The notes: generated by a model from the sequence alone, not told the origin. A DNA stretch of 52,307 nt from Candidatus Yanofskybacteria bacterium (GCA_023245235.1 JAHFKT010000004.1:1-52307); one strand, 5' to 3'. Counted from the stretch's first letter, positions 1-10,485 are shown. Program-made: numbers and translations.

Positions 1-146
1 CCATATCCCGAAGGGTTCTCGCTGTGTTCCCGCTCCGCTTTGTTGCTCCTCGTCGGAGTACCAACCGGTACTCCTCGCTCGTCGCGCCTCGCGGAGCGGG
101 AACACTTCAGAGAACGCGGCTCGGGATTATTATTGAGATAGGGTCT
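1..146. repeat. MITE/REP-like long palindromic element (left end outside window)
   Basis: Nested inverted repeats ATCCCGA/TCGGGAT, GTTCTC/GAGAAC, GTGTTCCCGCTCCGC/GCGGAGCGGGAACAC and apical GGAGTACC-AACC-GGTACTCC. Ends in TTGAGATAGGGTCT, resembling an IS-type terminal repeat. Confidence 0.55.
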
Positions 147-148
147 GA

Positions 149-175
149 ATAAAAGAAGCCGTGCGAAGCACGGCT
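149..175 (-). terminator. Intrinsic terminator after dut
   Basis: AGCCGTGC-GAA-GCACGGCT hairpin, followed on the minus strand by TCTTTTATT. Confidence 0.7.
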
Positions 176-176
176 C

Positions 177-773
177 TCAGCTGACTCCGGTTGACCCGAA
201 CCCCCCGGTGCCCCTTGTCGTCTCGCCGAGCTTTTCCGGATGATCGACGAATTCGATCTGAGGAATAAGCGCCCACTGGAAAATGACCTGGACGATCCGC
301 ATACTCCGCGAAAGGTCGAAAGGATCTTCGCCCCTGTTATGGATCAGCGCACCCGCTTCGCCCCGATAGTCAGGGTCGATGGTGCCGGGAGCATTCGTAA
401 TGGTGATCTTGTGCTTCGAAGCGAAGCCGCTTCGCGGCGCTACCCAATAGAACATCGGGAAGGGCATGGCCGTGAAAAACCCGAGACCGAGCATGACCGA
501 TTGGCCCGGATCGATACGATAGATCAGCTCGTGACCGTTCTGTCTCACCTTACTGACGACATGACCACTGATCGAAGGATCGTCGGGCCAAGCCTCGAAA
601 TCGAACAATGTTTTTCGGAGGATCGGGTTGGCCGTATCCATCTCGCGATCCGAGACTACAGCCCTGATACGGGCATCGTAACCGATCGCACCATCAGTCT
701 TGCGTTCCGGGGCGTGGCCGCCCGGCAGTACATGCACCTTGATGTCGGGATGAAGGAACTCGTTGGTATCCAT
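177..773 (-). CDS. dut: Trimeric-type dUTP diphosphatase with an insertion
   Basis: All five motifs present: GAIGYD, PRSG, GTIDPDYRGE, RIVQ, RGTGGFGSTG. Confidence 0.93.
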   Translation of the reverse strand: MDTNEFLHPDIKVHVLPGGHAPERKTDGAIGYDARIRAVVSDREMDTANPILRKTLFDFEAWPDDPSISGHVVSKVRQNGHELIYRIDPGQSVMLGLGFFTAMPFPMFYWVAPRSGFASKHKITITNAPGTIDPDYRGEAGALIHNRGEDPFDLSRSMRIVQVIFQWALIPQIEFVDHPEKLGETTRGTGGFGSTGVS

Positions 774-821
774 TGATAAAAGAGCTCGGGGAGATTTTAT
801 CAGTTCAGACCGAAAAGTCCA

Positions 822-2612
822 TTATCTTTTCAACATTTTCAGAAATACATCCTGGGGCAAGCTGACCCGACCGGTCTCTTTCATCCGTGCCTTGCCTCGC
901 TTTTGTTTTTCGCGAAGTTTCATCTTGCGGGTGATATCACCGCCATACATATGCTGAGTAACATCTTTCTTTCTGGCCCGGATCGATTCTGCGGCGATGA
1001 TTTTGCCGCCGATAGCCGCCTGAATCGAAACCTCGAACATCTGCGGCGGCACGATATCTTTGAGCTTCGAAACCATAGCCCGTCCCTCAAAATATGACTT
1101 CTCCCGGGGCACAATGCGCGAGAACGGCTCAACGAGATCGGTCGCGATCAGAATATCCAAACGGATGAGATCGCCCTTTTGCATGCCTTTCGGCTCATAG
1201 CTCATCGAAGCATAGCCCGAAGAAACGCTTTTCAATTTATCATAAAAATCGGTCACGATCTCCGAAAGCGGCATGTCGTATTTCAGGAGCGCCGTTTCCT
1301 TACCGATATACTCGGTGCCGTGATACACATTACGGAATGTAGAAACAAGCTCCATGACACTGCCGACATAGGTTACCGGCGCGATCAGTTCCAGGGCTAC
1401 GATCGGTTCGGCAATGGATTCGACCGCTGAGGGATCGGGTAATCTGGCCGCTGAACGGATGAGAACTGTTTCTCCCTTCTTCAAAGTAACGGCATATTCA
1501 ACCGACGGAGTGGAGATGATCAAGTTCAAGTTAAATTCCCGGTGCAACCGCTCCGAGATGATCTCGACATGGAGCATGCCCAGGAATCCGACACGAAAAC
1601 CCCGACCCAGCCCCGCTGATGCTTCCGGCTCATAGATCAATGATGCGTCAGTCAGTTTGAGCTTCGATAACGCATCTTTCAGCAGGTCATAATCCTCGCC
1701 CCTCTCGGGGAAAAAACTGGCAAAGACCATCGGGCGCGGCTCTTTATATCCCGCGAGAGGTTTGAAGTTTTTATCTTCGAACATTACGGGATCAGTGATC
1801 GTATCGCCTACTCTGATCTGGCCCGGATCCTTAAGGCCGGTGGCGATATAACCGATCTCACCGGATGAGAGAGATTTCCCCTGAACCAGCCCCGGTGAGA
1901 AATAACCGACCTCAAGAACTTCAGCTTTAGCCCGGGTGGCATATGCACCTATCGGCATGGCTTGCCTTAAAGAGCCGTTAAATACCCTCACATAAGCCAG
2001 AACGCCCTTATAAGCATCGAAGGTTGAGTCGAAGATCAGCGCCCGGCATTCTTTTGAGCCGTCTGCTTTTGGCTCCGGCACCTTCTCAATAACAAGCTCA
2101 AGAACTTTCTGGACATTCATGCCGCTCTTGGCGGATATCTCCAGTATCTCATCCGGTTCAACTCCGAGCAGATACGACAGCTCCTCTTTCACCTGCGCCG
2201 TCCGGGCATTGGGCAGGTCTATCTTATTGATAACGGGCAGGATGACCAGTTTCTGCTGCTGGGCCAAATGCAGATTCGCCAGGGTTTGGGCCTGGACGCC
2301 TTTTGACGCGTCGACGAGCAGGATCGCACCTTCAACAGCCGCCAATGACCGCGAGACTTCGTAAGTAAAATCCACGTGGCCGGGCGTATCTATAAGATTA
2401 AGCATGTACTCCCGGCCGCTGTAGGCGTAACTCATCCGGACGGGCTGCAGCTTGATGGTGATGCCCCGCTCCCGCTCAAGCTCCATGGTATCCAGATACT
2501 GCTCATGCATCTTCCGTTTCTCGACGGTACCGGTCAATTCTAAAAATCGATCCGCGAGGGTCGATTTTCCGTGATCGATATGAGCGATGATAACGAAGTT
2601 CCTGATCTCCAT
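822..2612 (-). CDS. lepA: Elongation factor 4 (LepA)
   Basis: IRNFVIIAHIDHGKSTLADR, DTPGHVDF, NKID, GFLGMLHVEI and C-terminal KDVT..MYGGDITRK. Confidence 0.98.
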   Translation of the reverse strand: MEIRNFVIIAHIDHGKSTLADRFLELTGTVEKRKMHEQYLDTMELERERGITIKLQPVRMSYAYSGREYMLNLIDTPGHVDFTYEVSRSLAAVEGAILLVDASKGVQAQTLANLHLAQQQKLVILPVINKIDLPNARTAQVKEELSYLLGVEPDEILEISAKSGMNVQKVLELVIEKVPEPKADGSKECRALIFDSTFDAYKGVLAYVRVFNGSLRQAMPIGAYATRAKAEVLEVGYFSPGLVQGKSLSSGEIGYIATGLKDPGQIRVGDTITDPVMFEDKNFKPLAGYKEPRPMVFASFFPERGEDYDLLKDALSKLKLTDASLIYEPEASAGLGRGFRVGFLGMLHVEIISERLHREFNLNLIISTPSVEYAVTLKKGETVLIRSAARLPDPSAVESIAEPIVALELIAPVTYVGSVMELVSTFRNVYHGTEYIGKETALLKYDMPLSEIVTDFYDKLKSVSSGYASMSYEPKGMQKGDLIRLDILIATDLVEPFSRIVPREKSYFEGRAMVSKLKDIVPPQMFEVSIQAAIGGKIIAAESIRARKKDVTQHMYGGDITRKMKLREKQKRGKARMKETGRVSLPQDVFLKMLKR

Positions 2613-2630
2613 ATGTTCCGATATTTTACA

Positions 2631-3974
2631 TCAAAAATGATGCTTTGTAAATCTCCGGAAGAATATCCAGAGCAGGAAAAAATTCAGATTACCGGCGATC
2701 GAGAAAGCCGCCGCAAGACCGGCCACGCCCCAATGATAGTGGATCGCGAACAGCCAGGCACCCAGCCAATTCACCAGGATCGACACAACGGAAACGGAGA
2801 CCGGGATTGCCGTGTTCTGCAGGGCGTAGAATGCCCGGGACAGGATCGGGATCAGGCTTTGAGCCGGAATTCCGAACATGAAGATCGCGAGAACCGCAGC
2901 CGTCAGATCGACGCTTGTGCCGCGATATGATCCGATACCGAAGATGAGGTTAATGGCCCAATGCGAGAGGAAGTATCCGACGACCGAGAGCGGTACTACG
3001 ATAAGTGCCGTGCTCTTCATGGCGGCATACAGTTTTTCTTTAAATTCTTTCAACTCCTGCCCGGATGCATGCATTGAAAGGCGCGGAAAAACAGCGGTGG
3101 CGACCGATACGCCGACCACCGCGATCGGCACGAACTGGAGATTATTGGCCACGTTCAAGACTGAAATACTGCCGATGGCCATGGTTGACGCGATTGCATT
3201 CACCACGGCGGAATCGATACTGTACGCACCGAGTCCCAGTGTCCGGGGAACCATTAACTTCAAGATCTTCCTGAAATTCTGGTCCGCCAGATCAAAGACA
3301 GGCCTCCATCTGAATCCCGCGATCATGGCGGCGGTTCCCTGGATACAAAAATGCAGTAGCGCGCCGAATACTACACCCCAGCCCAGACCCAGCACTTCCG
3401 GATAGCCATGAATACGCATCAATGGAACAAAATATACGGCTCCGATGATAATACCGAAATTATACAGCACTGGCGCGATGGCATAGGCCCAAAAGCGTTC
3501 AAGCGACTGGAGAACCGAACCGAATATCGTACTCAATGAGAACAGCACCGGCGAAAGAAGCATCAAGCGCGTCAGTGAAATCGCGACCTCACGATCGGTA
3601 CCCGAAAATCCCGGCGCGATGAGCGAAACAACGCTCCCGGCAAAGAACCAGAGAACACCCGCAGAGGTGAGCACCATAAGAAATATAATGGTGGTAAAAT
3701 TCTGGGCCAGCCGCCACGCATTCGCCTCGTTGTTCTTATATTCTCCGATGAAGACCGGAATGAAAGCCGACGATACCGCCCCCAATACCAAAAGGTTGAA
3801 TACCAGATCCGGCAGCTTGAACGCACTGTAGTAGACGTCGAGCATGCGCGAAGCGCCGAAATGCGATGTCAGGATGCGATCGCGGAACAATGCCACTACA
3901 TCGGCGATAAAGCTGAAAAAGGCCAGCGCGATGCTTGCCTTCGCCACCGTTTTCAGTTTGAGATCAAAAACCAT
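2631..3974 (-). CDS. murJ: MurJ/MviN-family lipid-linked precursor flippase
   Basis: RDRILTSHFGAS, AFKLPDLVFNLL, SSAFIPVF, SRAFYALQNT; multi-TM. Start overlaps the upstream stop (TAATG). Confidence 0.92.
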   Translation of the reverse strand: MVFDLKLKTVAKASIALAFFSFIADVVALFRDRILTSHFGASRMLDVYYSAFKLPDLVFNLLVLGAVSSAFIPVFIGEYKNNEANAWRLAQNFTTIIFLMVLTSAGVLWFFAGSVVSLIAPGFSGTDREVAISLTRLMLLSPVLFSLSTIFGSVLQSLERFWAYAIAPVLYNFGIIIGAVYFVPLMRIHGYPEVLGLGWGVVFGALLHFCIQGTAAMIAGFRWRPVFDLADQNFRKILKLMVPRTLGLGAYSIDSAVVNAIASTMAIGSISVLNVANNLQFVPIAVVGVSVATAVFPRLSMHASGQELKEFKEKLYAAMKSTALIVVPLSVVGYFLSHWAINLIFGIGSYRGTSVDLTAAVLAIFMFGIPAQSLIPILSRAFYALQNTAIPVSVSVVSILVNWLGAWLFAIHYHWGVAGLAAAFSIAGNLNFFLLWIFFRRFTKHHF

Positions 3975-6655
3975 TATTTGAAGTTGACCTTGACCTGAAG
4001 GTCATTATCGAGCGGGCCGGTCCAGTCGTATTTAACTCCGCCCTGATTCAGGAGCGGATATGATTCGGTTGGTATCAGACCGCTCGGTTTCGACATCGAG
4101 AGCGCGAATTTCTGAACCTCCAGCCCCGGCTGTTTCTGAATATACAGCTGCCACGAGTTGTCGGCAAGCGCGCCGGAAACTTTATATCGGACGGTTACTG
4201 TCTTAGTTTGGCCGGGATCAGTGATCATCCAGAACCCGAACTCGGTCTTACCGGCCTCACTATATGTCGTAACGCCGGTAGAGCGGTCGGCCTCACCGCT
4301 CTTCTCTAAGTTGGCCAGATCGGCATCTTTCTGAAATCCGGAGTTCTGATAGTCAATGAGCGGACTGAAATTCGGTTTGTCATTGCCGCTGACCGAGATG
4401 AGCTCGGCACCGTCGGGTACCAGGATGCGCATATAAGCCGGGTTCTGTTTATTATAGAAACCGAACTTCTCGTGCCCGCCGTTATGCTGGCGGACGATAG
4501 TGAGCGTATGGATGGCCGCATCGTCATCAAATACGGTATCAAGCGCGAATGATGTATCGGTGACGGCATCGGTCTTCGAACCCTTTATGTTCGTGATTGT
4601 CGCCATCAGATAATCACCGGGCGGGCGCTGGACCTGTCCCCCGAATCCTTTATCGGACACGAAGCTCTCCAGGCTCAAATTATTGAAATACATAAGGATC
4701 TGGCGCTTATCCATTCCGCTGACCAGGGCGTTGAAGACCGAAAGCCACTGGTCGGATTTGGCCGAGTATATTTTTTTGAGAAGCAGCGGAGCGAAGTCCT
4801 TTACGATCTGCTTGGGCTGATCACGGTTGGCGCCGTACTCAACCTGGTCCTGGATGGTGGTCAGTACATTCTTTGAATCCAGTGTAAGATCGTACTGCGG
4901 CATTGAGACCGGACCGACAATATCCAGCATCGAGGAAATAAGCTCAGGATTGACTGCGATCACGCCATCAACGCTCTGGCCGGACTCTTTCTGATAGAAC
5001 CCCTCGATCTTCCTGGCGGAAGTCGGAAAGTCGATGAACCAATTTGCATCGCGCATGCCCCAATTCGGAGTGATATGCTGAAGTTGAAGCGGCGGGATGA
5101 TGTTCTCCTTCAACTGCCCGTCAAGATTGTAAACATCGTCGACGAAGAAATCATCAAGCTTGCCGTCTTTAAAGGACACGATCCCGTATGTTCCGGGAAA
5201 GCCGCCGGCCGGACGAAGTTCGCTAGAGTTTGGGAACAAGATCAAATATCGCTTAGACCCGCTGACATCAATAAGATTCCCGAAAAATTTCGCGTAATCA
5301 GCGCTCTCACTGACGGTCTGGTCGAACAGAGGCAGCTTTGACCTGAAATCGTCGAAACCCGCCCTCTTGTCATCAGGAATGATGCTTTCATCAACATCGG
5401 CCAATAATGAGTTGGCCTGGCCGATATCGGCTTTCGATGCCAGTAGTGCTTCTTTTAACGCACCGATAACGCTCCCGATGGCTACATTGTTATTGGTCGG
5501 ATCAAAAATAATGCCGGTCTTGGCGACCGCATCCATCGCCTGGGTCATTGCCGAACCGGCGTCGGCCAGCAGCTGGCCGACCTTCACGAGGTTCTTGGCG
5601 GATTTAACGGATCCGGCGCCTGGCAGTTGAGCGAACAGATCGGTGATCGTCGCACCCATAAAATTCAAACTATCGCCGGCTTTTGAAAAGTTCTGATATG
5701 CCTGTATGAAATCATGCGATGCATCCTGAAAATTAAGGCTCTTCAGGTCATCGTGGGCACTCTGCAGATCTTCGACCGCCGAAGCGCTCTCCTGGATAAC
5801 CTGATGTTTCAGGTGCGATACATAATAGATAATACCGCCGGCTGACAGCAGTGCCGCAACCGCAATAATGACGCGCCTCGATGATATCCGGAGAGATCTT
5901 AACGATACCGTAACGAGCTTTTGCTTCGTACCTTTCTCTGGCACAAAGACCGGCTGGCGGCGGACCGGTGCGAACTCTTGAATAGTTGGAACCGCAGGCA
6001 ATTGTTCAATGCGGGGAACGGGGGTATTACGCCCGATGATCCGTGCCGAATGTTCGATCTCGGATACGATACGGTCTAATTGCGGATCGGCCGGCTTGGG
6101 AGATTCGGACCCGGAAACAATACCCGGCTTCTTCGGAATGTCCGTCACGATCGTTCCCGAATCATTTTGGGAACGCGGCTGGACCTTCGGAAGTTCCTGG
6201 TCGCGTTCCCCCGGTAGAAGCAGCGGTGAGATCGGAGGGGCCGGCTTGCGGTGGATGATACGGTATCGCGGCTTGGCCGGCACGGAGGTCTCGGATGTCT
6301 GGCCTCCTATCTTCGCAAGTTCGACCTGGAAGTCAACGTCGTCATTGATCAGGGTATCGAAATCATTCTTAACACTGCGCTTCCGGGGAACATCAGTCGC
6401 TGGAGCTGGCACCGGTGCCGGCACTGATTCTGCCTCGGATTCCGGTTGAGGTTCCGGCAGTATCTCTTTTGGCCTCCTGACCGCTAAGCCCTGAGTTGGC
6501 GCATCGGTTCTGATAGAAACTTTTTTAGGCCGGTACGCGCTGAGGTTGACGACCGAGACAACCGATTCTATTTTCCGGACATCAAGAGAGCCGGAGGCAT
6601 CCACCGGCTTAATATCAAAGAGTGCCCCTTGTGCGATTCGTTTAGACTGGGGCAT
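3974..6655 (-). CDS. DUF4012-domain membrane-anchored protein
   Basis: Pro-rich disordered N-terminus, one TM, then YLILFPNSSELRPAGGFPG, MRDANWFIDFPTSA, VDGVIAVNP and QKQPG. Start moved to MPQ (TATAAT 7 nt upstream). Confidence 0.85.
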   Translation of the reverse strand: MPQSKRIAQGALFDIKPVDASGSLDVRKIESVVSVVNLSAYRPKKVSIRTDAPTQGLAVRRPKEILPEPQPESEAESVPAPVPAPATDVPRKRSVKNDFDTLINDDVDFQVELAKIGGQTSETSVPAKPRYRIIHRKPAPPISPLLLPGERDQELPKVQPRSQNDSGTIVTDIPKKPGIVSGSESPKPADPQLDRIVSEIEHSARIIGRNTPVPRIEQLPAVPTIQEFAPVRRQPVFVPEKGTKQKLVTVSLRSLRISSRRVIIAVAALLSAGGIIYYVSHLKHQVIQESASAVEDLQSAHDDLKSLNFQDASHDFIQAYQNFSKAGDSLNFMGATITDLFAQLPGAGSVKSAKNLVKVGQLLADAGSAMTQAMDAVAKTGIIFDPTNNNVAIGSVIGALKEALLASKADIGQANSLLADVDESIIPDDKRAGFDDFRSKLPLFDQTVSESADYAKFFGNLIDVSGSKRYLILFPNSSELRPAGGFPGTYGIVSFKDGKLDDFFVDDVYNLDGQLKENIIPPLQLQHITPNWGMRDANWFIDFPTSARKIEGFYQKESGQSVDGVIAVNPELISSMLDIVGPVSMPQYDLTLDSKNVLTTIQDQVEYGANRDQPKQIVKDFAPLLLKKIYSAKSDQWLSVFNALVSGMDKRQILMYFNNLSLESFVSDKGFGGQVQRPPGDYLMATITNIKGSKTDAVTDTSFALDTVFDDDAAIHTLTIVRQHNGGHEKFGFYNKQNPAYMRILVPDGAELISVSGNDKPNFSPLIDYQNSGFQKDADLANLEKSGEADRSTGVTTYSEAGKTEFGFWMITDPGQTKTVTVRYKVSGALADNSWQLYIQKQPGLEVQKFALSMSKPSGLIPTESYPLLNQGGVKYDWTGPLDNDLQVKVNFK

Positions 6656-6705
6656 ACCTTTCATTATATACCAGAGCAAATGATCGACTCTGTGGAGAAA
6701 TAACG

Positions 6706-7839
6706 CTAGAAATCAGTAAGGACGCGAAGTGTTTCCCGGACGGAACGATCCCATGAAAATTCCTTGGCACGGACAAGACCTTTATCGATGCAGCGGGTCC
6801 GGAATCGCTGATCGGTCAACAACAGTTCAAGGGCCGAGGTAATGTCCGCGACATTATAGGGATCGACCAACACCGCGGCGTCTCCGGCGACTTCCGGCAG
6901 TGAAGAGTTGTGGGAAGTGACGACCGGGGTGCCGCATGCCATCGCTTCCAGAACCGGCAAGCCGAATCCCTCAAAGAAGGACGGGTAGGCGAACACCTCT
7001 GCGGTGGCATAATAGTATGGACGGTCCTCATCAGAGATATATCCGAGATATCTGATATGGGAAACTGCCGGCGAGGACTCCATCTCCCCTATAATATCAT
7101 CCGACAGCCATCCCCGGTCGCCGCCCAGGACCAGCCAGCAATCATCGAACCCGGGCACCTCTTTGAGTCGGACGAATGCCCTTATGATGGCCTTGGTATT
7201 CTTACGCGGCTCAAGAGTACTTAATGAAAATATGAAGCGCTTGGGCAGGTCATGCTTTTGCCTAAAATGTTCCAGATGTTCGAGCGTCGGCCGCTTCATT
7301 GAAACTCCCGAGTAAACGACCGAGATATTGGCCGGGTCGATGTGATACAGCTCGACCAGGTCGGATTTTGTCGACTCGGATACGGCAATGATCCGGTCGG
7401 ATAACCGGGCTTGGCGGATAGGATTCATCTCGATCGTGTGCCACAATCGTTTACCAAGAGTGAAAAATTCAGGGAACCGGAGATATGACAGATCGTGGAA
7501 TGTGGTAAAGCGTCGGCAATCGTTCGACAGCGATGCAATAAAAAAGTGCGGCGAGAAAAACACATCCACGCCGCCAAGCATCCGGTCGATCAATGGCCAA
7601 CTGAAGAACCGGTTGGCAAGGAACAGTATATTATTCGGTACCCGGTATGAATATAGGGTGACATTTTTTGCAGACAGCCAACGATACGCCGGCAGCTTCT
7701 GGCGGAATGATGAGAAAAATAACTTAAAGGTATGCTCCGGGGCCTGTTCGATCATACGGCCAACGAGCTGTTCCGCGTACTCGACAATGCCGCTGCGCCG
7801 GGAATTTCCGAGGATACGAATGTCGATACCGATGATCAT
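6706..7839 (-). CDS. GT4 (GT-B) glycosyltransferase
   Basis: TLEPRKN and [22 protein letters not shown] (EX7E) motifs. Confidence 0.93.
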   Translation of the reverse strand: MIIGIDIRILGNSRRSGIVEYAEQLVGRMIEQAPEHTFKLFFSSFRQKLPAYRWLSAKNVTLYSYRVPNNILFLANRFFSWPLIDRMLGGVDVFFSPHFFIASLSNDCRRFTTFHDLSYLRFPEFFTLGKRLWHTIEMNPIRQARLSDRIIAVSESTKSDLVELYHIDPANISVVYSGVSMKRPTLEHLEHFRQKHDLPKRFIFSLSTLEPRKNTKAIIRAFVRLKEVPGFDDCWLVLGGDRGWLSDDIIGEMESSPAVSHIRYLGYISDEDRPYYYATAEVFAYPSFFEGFGLPVLEAMACGTPVVTSHNSSLPEVAGDAAVLVDPYNVADITSALELLLTDQRFRTRCIDKGLVRAKEFSWDRSVRETLRVLTDF

Positions 7840-8912
7840 AGCTGAAGTGCGGTTTTGATGCGTTCTTTGAATTTCAAGACGTCAAAGCGTTCAGCCTGTG
7901 CCCGGCACGCGGCCGGGTCAATGGAAGCGGCATCGAAATGAAGTACGGAGTCGGCGAGAGCTTCCGGAGTCTGGTCATCGAAGAACTGCCCGGTCACTCC
8001 TTCAACCACCGTCTCAAGTGCGCCGCCGCCACGGTATGCCATCACCGGCCGGCCGGATGCCATCGCCTCAAGCGGCACGATGCCAAAATCTTCCTCCTGG
8101 GGAAATATCAGGGCCCGGGCATGTGCATAGAGGTCAGCCAAACGCCGGTCATCGACCTGATCGGCAAAAACTATATTTCTTTTTGCCAGAGCACCGAGCT
8201 TCCGGCGTTCAGGGCCGGTTCCGGCGATAACAAGCGGCAATCCAAGCTGATTGAACGCCTGGATGGCGATATCAAATTTCTTATAGGAAACCAAACGGCC
8301 GACCATCAGATAATAATCATCCGGCCTCGGTACGGAATGGAACTGGGCGACTTGGACCGGCGGATATAACATCGCGGACCGGCGATCATAATACTTCTTG
8401 ACCCGAGCAGCTACAAAATCTGAGATCGTCCAGAACTCATCAACACGGCGGGCGGCATGCTGGTCCCAGATCCGCAGGTACGATATGAACGGCAGGATCG
8501 CTTTCCTGATCATGAGCGGGAACCCGAACTCATCGACGAACTTCTGGCTATTGTCCCAAAGGAACCGCGGCGGCGTCAGGCAGTAGCAAATATGCCTGGT
8601 TTCGGGACCGGTGATCACGCCTTTGGCAAAAGAAGCTGAAACAGAAACCACCAGGTCAAAACCCCTGAAGTCAAACTGCTCGATGGCCAACGGCATCAGC
8701 GCCGGATAAAACTGATGGTGGCGTTTGGCAAACGGAAATTTCTGCAGGAATGAGGTCCTGACAACCCGGTCCTTGAACAGCCCTTTCGTCGCACCCTCGT
8801 CATACAGAAGCGTGTAGATAGGCGCACGCGGAAATAACTCGCATAGACTCGCGAGCATCCGCTCGGCTCCTCCGAACTGATTAAGATATTCGTGGACGAA
8901 GGCGATCTTCAT
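7836..8912 (-). CDS. GT4 glycosyltransferase (WbaZ-like)
   Basis: MKIAFVHEYLNQFGGAER, GRLVSYK, EEDFGIVPLEAMASGRPV. Start moved to MKIAF. Confidence 0.92.
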   Translation of the reverse strand: MKIAFVHEYLNQFGGAERMLASLCELFPRAPIYTLLYDEGATKGLFKDRVVRTSFLQKFPFAKRHHQFYPALMPLAIEQFDFRGFDLVVSVSASFAKGVITGPETRHICYCLTPPRFLWDNSQKFVDEFGFPLMIRKAILPFISYLRIWDQHAARRVDEFWTISDFVAARVKKYYDRRSAMLYPPVQVAQFHSVPRPDDYYLMVGRLVSYKKFDIAIQAFNQLGLPLVIAGTGPERRKLGALAKRNIVFADQVDDRRLADLYAHARALIFPQEEDFGIVPLEAMASGRPVMAYRGGGALETVVEGVTGQFFDDQTPEALADSVLHFDAASIDPAACRAQAERFDVLKFKERIKTALQL

Positions 8913-8931
8913 GCCAGAACGATAGCATCCG

Positions 8932-9033
8932 GAATCTAAAAGCACAACGACAGAGTTCCCTTCATCGCCAACGCCTGGCGGGCGAGGGGAACCCACTCCG
9001 AGAGCGGAATTCCGCCGTTGTGCTTTTATATTC
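8932..9033 (-). other. Intergenic structured element (long stem with branched head)
   Basis: Inverted repeat TAAAAGCACAACGACAGAGTTCC / GGAATTCCGCCGTTGTGCTTTTA. Two of the three mismatches are G-U pairs on the minus strand. Confidence 0.6.
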
Positions 9034-10427
9034 TATGCCGCCGAGCGGTCATTAAGCATCTTAAATATAGTCTTAAAAATGATCTTTATATCCATGCCCA
9101 GAGACCAGTTTTCGATATAGAAACTGTCTGTCTCGACCTCCTGGTCGAACGGCAGGTCTGAGCTCCCGGATACCTGGGCCAGGCCGGTGGCCCCGGCCTT
9201 AATGGCCAGGACTTTCTTGTGATGCTTCTCGTAGCGGCTGACCTCGTCGGGCTGATGCGGCCGCGGACCGACCAACGACATATCGCCTTTGAGAATATTG
9301 ATAAATTGAGCCAGTTCGTCGATCCGGTATTTTCTGATTACCCGACCGACCTTTGTAATACGCGGATCGTTCTTGATCTTAAACAGCGGCCCGTCGCTGC
9401 GCTCGTTGAATGCCGCCAGTGATGCCTTAAGAGACTCGGCTCCGCCATCAGAGTCGTATGCGATCATGCTCCGGAATTTATACAGTACGAACTCTTTATT
9501 CTTGCTGACCCGTTTTAAACGGGCGAGAACAGGACCGGGCGTATTAAGCTTGATCGCAATGGCCACGATCAGGAACACCGGCGAAAAAATGATCAGCCCG
9601 ATGAGCGCACCGATAATATCTACGACGCGCTTGAATACTTTCCCCCATCCGTCCAGGGGCGTGCGTTTGAGCTCAATGACCGGTACGCTTGAGATCAGGT
9701 CGACGTCAAAATGTTTCGTCAGTGTCTGATACAGGTTCGGCACGAATTTGAATACGATGTGGTTCTCATGACAAAAATCAACGAGTTCGACGATGTGATT
9801 GCCAGAATAGTTCGGACTGACCAACAGCACCTCATCGATCGCATCCTTGAGCCCTGCGAGAGATTCGATATTCGGACGGTCCCAGTGGGCTATGATACGA
9901 TAGCCGGCTCCGGGTGCTGATGAAATATTCTGCTTCATCTGATCAGCCAGCATATCGTCGCCTATCATCAGGACCCGTTGAATCCCGAAATCATACCGGG
10001 AGACCGCAACGTACTGGAGATAACGGACAAGCAATCGGCCCAAAGAAACAAAGATGATCGCTATTACCCACGCACCAAGGACCAGGAACCGGGAGTTGAA
10101 CAGCGTCTGACGCAAGAAAATAAAAATGATGACGGCTAAGATGGCGGCCGATGAAGCGACAAGGATCTTGGAAAATTCGGCCGTGCGCGACATGCGAACC
10201 TTCATGGAGTACAGCCCGGAAATAGCATATGTAGCGATGAATAATAAGGCCACGACTGAAACAAGAGAAAGGTAACTGAAAAGAGGCAGGTTGAATTGGA
10301 ACAGGACCGGCCTGACCCCGGCAAGCAGGGTAGTTCGAAGAAGATATGCGGCAAGTCCGGCCAAGAACAACATTACGAAGTCCACGGGCAACCGGATAAC
10401 ATTGAAGAATAAATCAGCTTTTTTCAT
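9033..10427 (-). CDS. Undecaprenyl-phosphate sugar phosphotransferase (WcaJ/WbaP family)
   Basis: N-terminal TMs; KRVVDI, YKFRSM, DPRITKVGR, DELAQFINILKGDMSLVGPRP, YIENWSL. Start moved to MKKAD. Confidence 0.93.
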   Translation of the reverse strand: MKKADLFFNVIRLPVDFVMLFLAGLAAYLLRTTLLAGVRPVLFQFNLPLFSYLSLVSVVALLFIATYAISGLYSMKVRMSRTAEFSKILVASSAAILAVIIFIFLRQTLFNSRFLVLGAWVIAIIFVSLGRLLVRYLQYVAVSRYDFGIQRVLMIGDDMLADQMKQNISSAPGAGYRIIAHWDRPNIESLAGLKDAIDEVLLVSPNYSGNHIVELVDFCHENHIVFKFVPNLYQTLTKHFDVDLISSVPVIELKRTPLDGWGKVFKRVVDIIGALIGLIIFSPVFLIVAIAIKLNTPGPVLARLKRVSKNKEFVLYKFRSMIAYDSDGGAESLKASLAAFNERSDGPLFKIKNDPRITKVGRVIRKYRIDELAQFINILKGDMSLVGPRPHQPDEVSRYEKHHKKVLAIKAGATGLAQVSGSSDLPFDQEVETDSFYIENWSLGMDIKIIFKTIFKMLNDRSAA

Positions 10428-10485
10428 CCTGTCAAGTTTATCACACGGGCCCTTAAATTTCAATCTATTTTAGCAATTCCGGTGG

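Noticed and set aside
240..776. 178-aa plus-strand ORF
   Set aside because: Antisense shadow of dut with no recognisable motifs.
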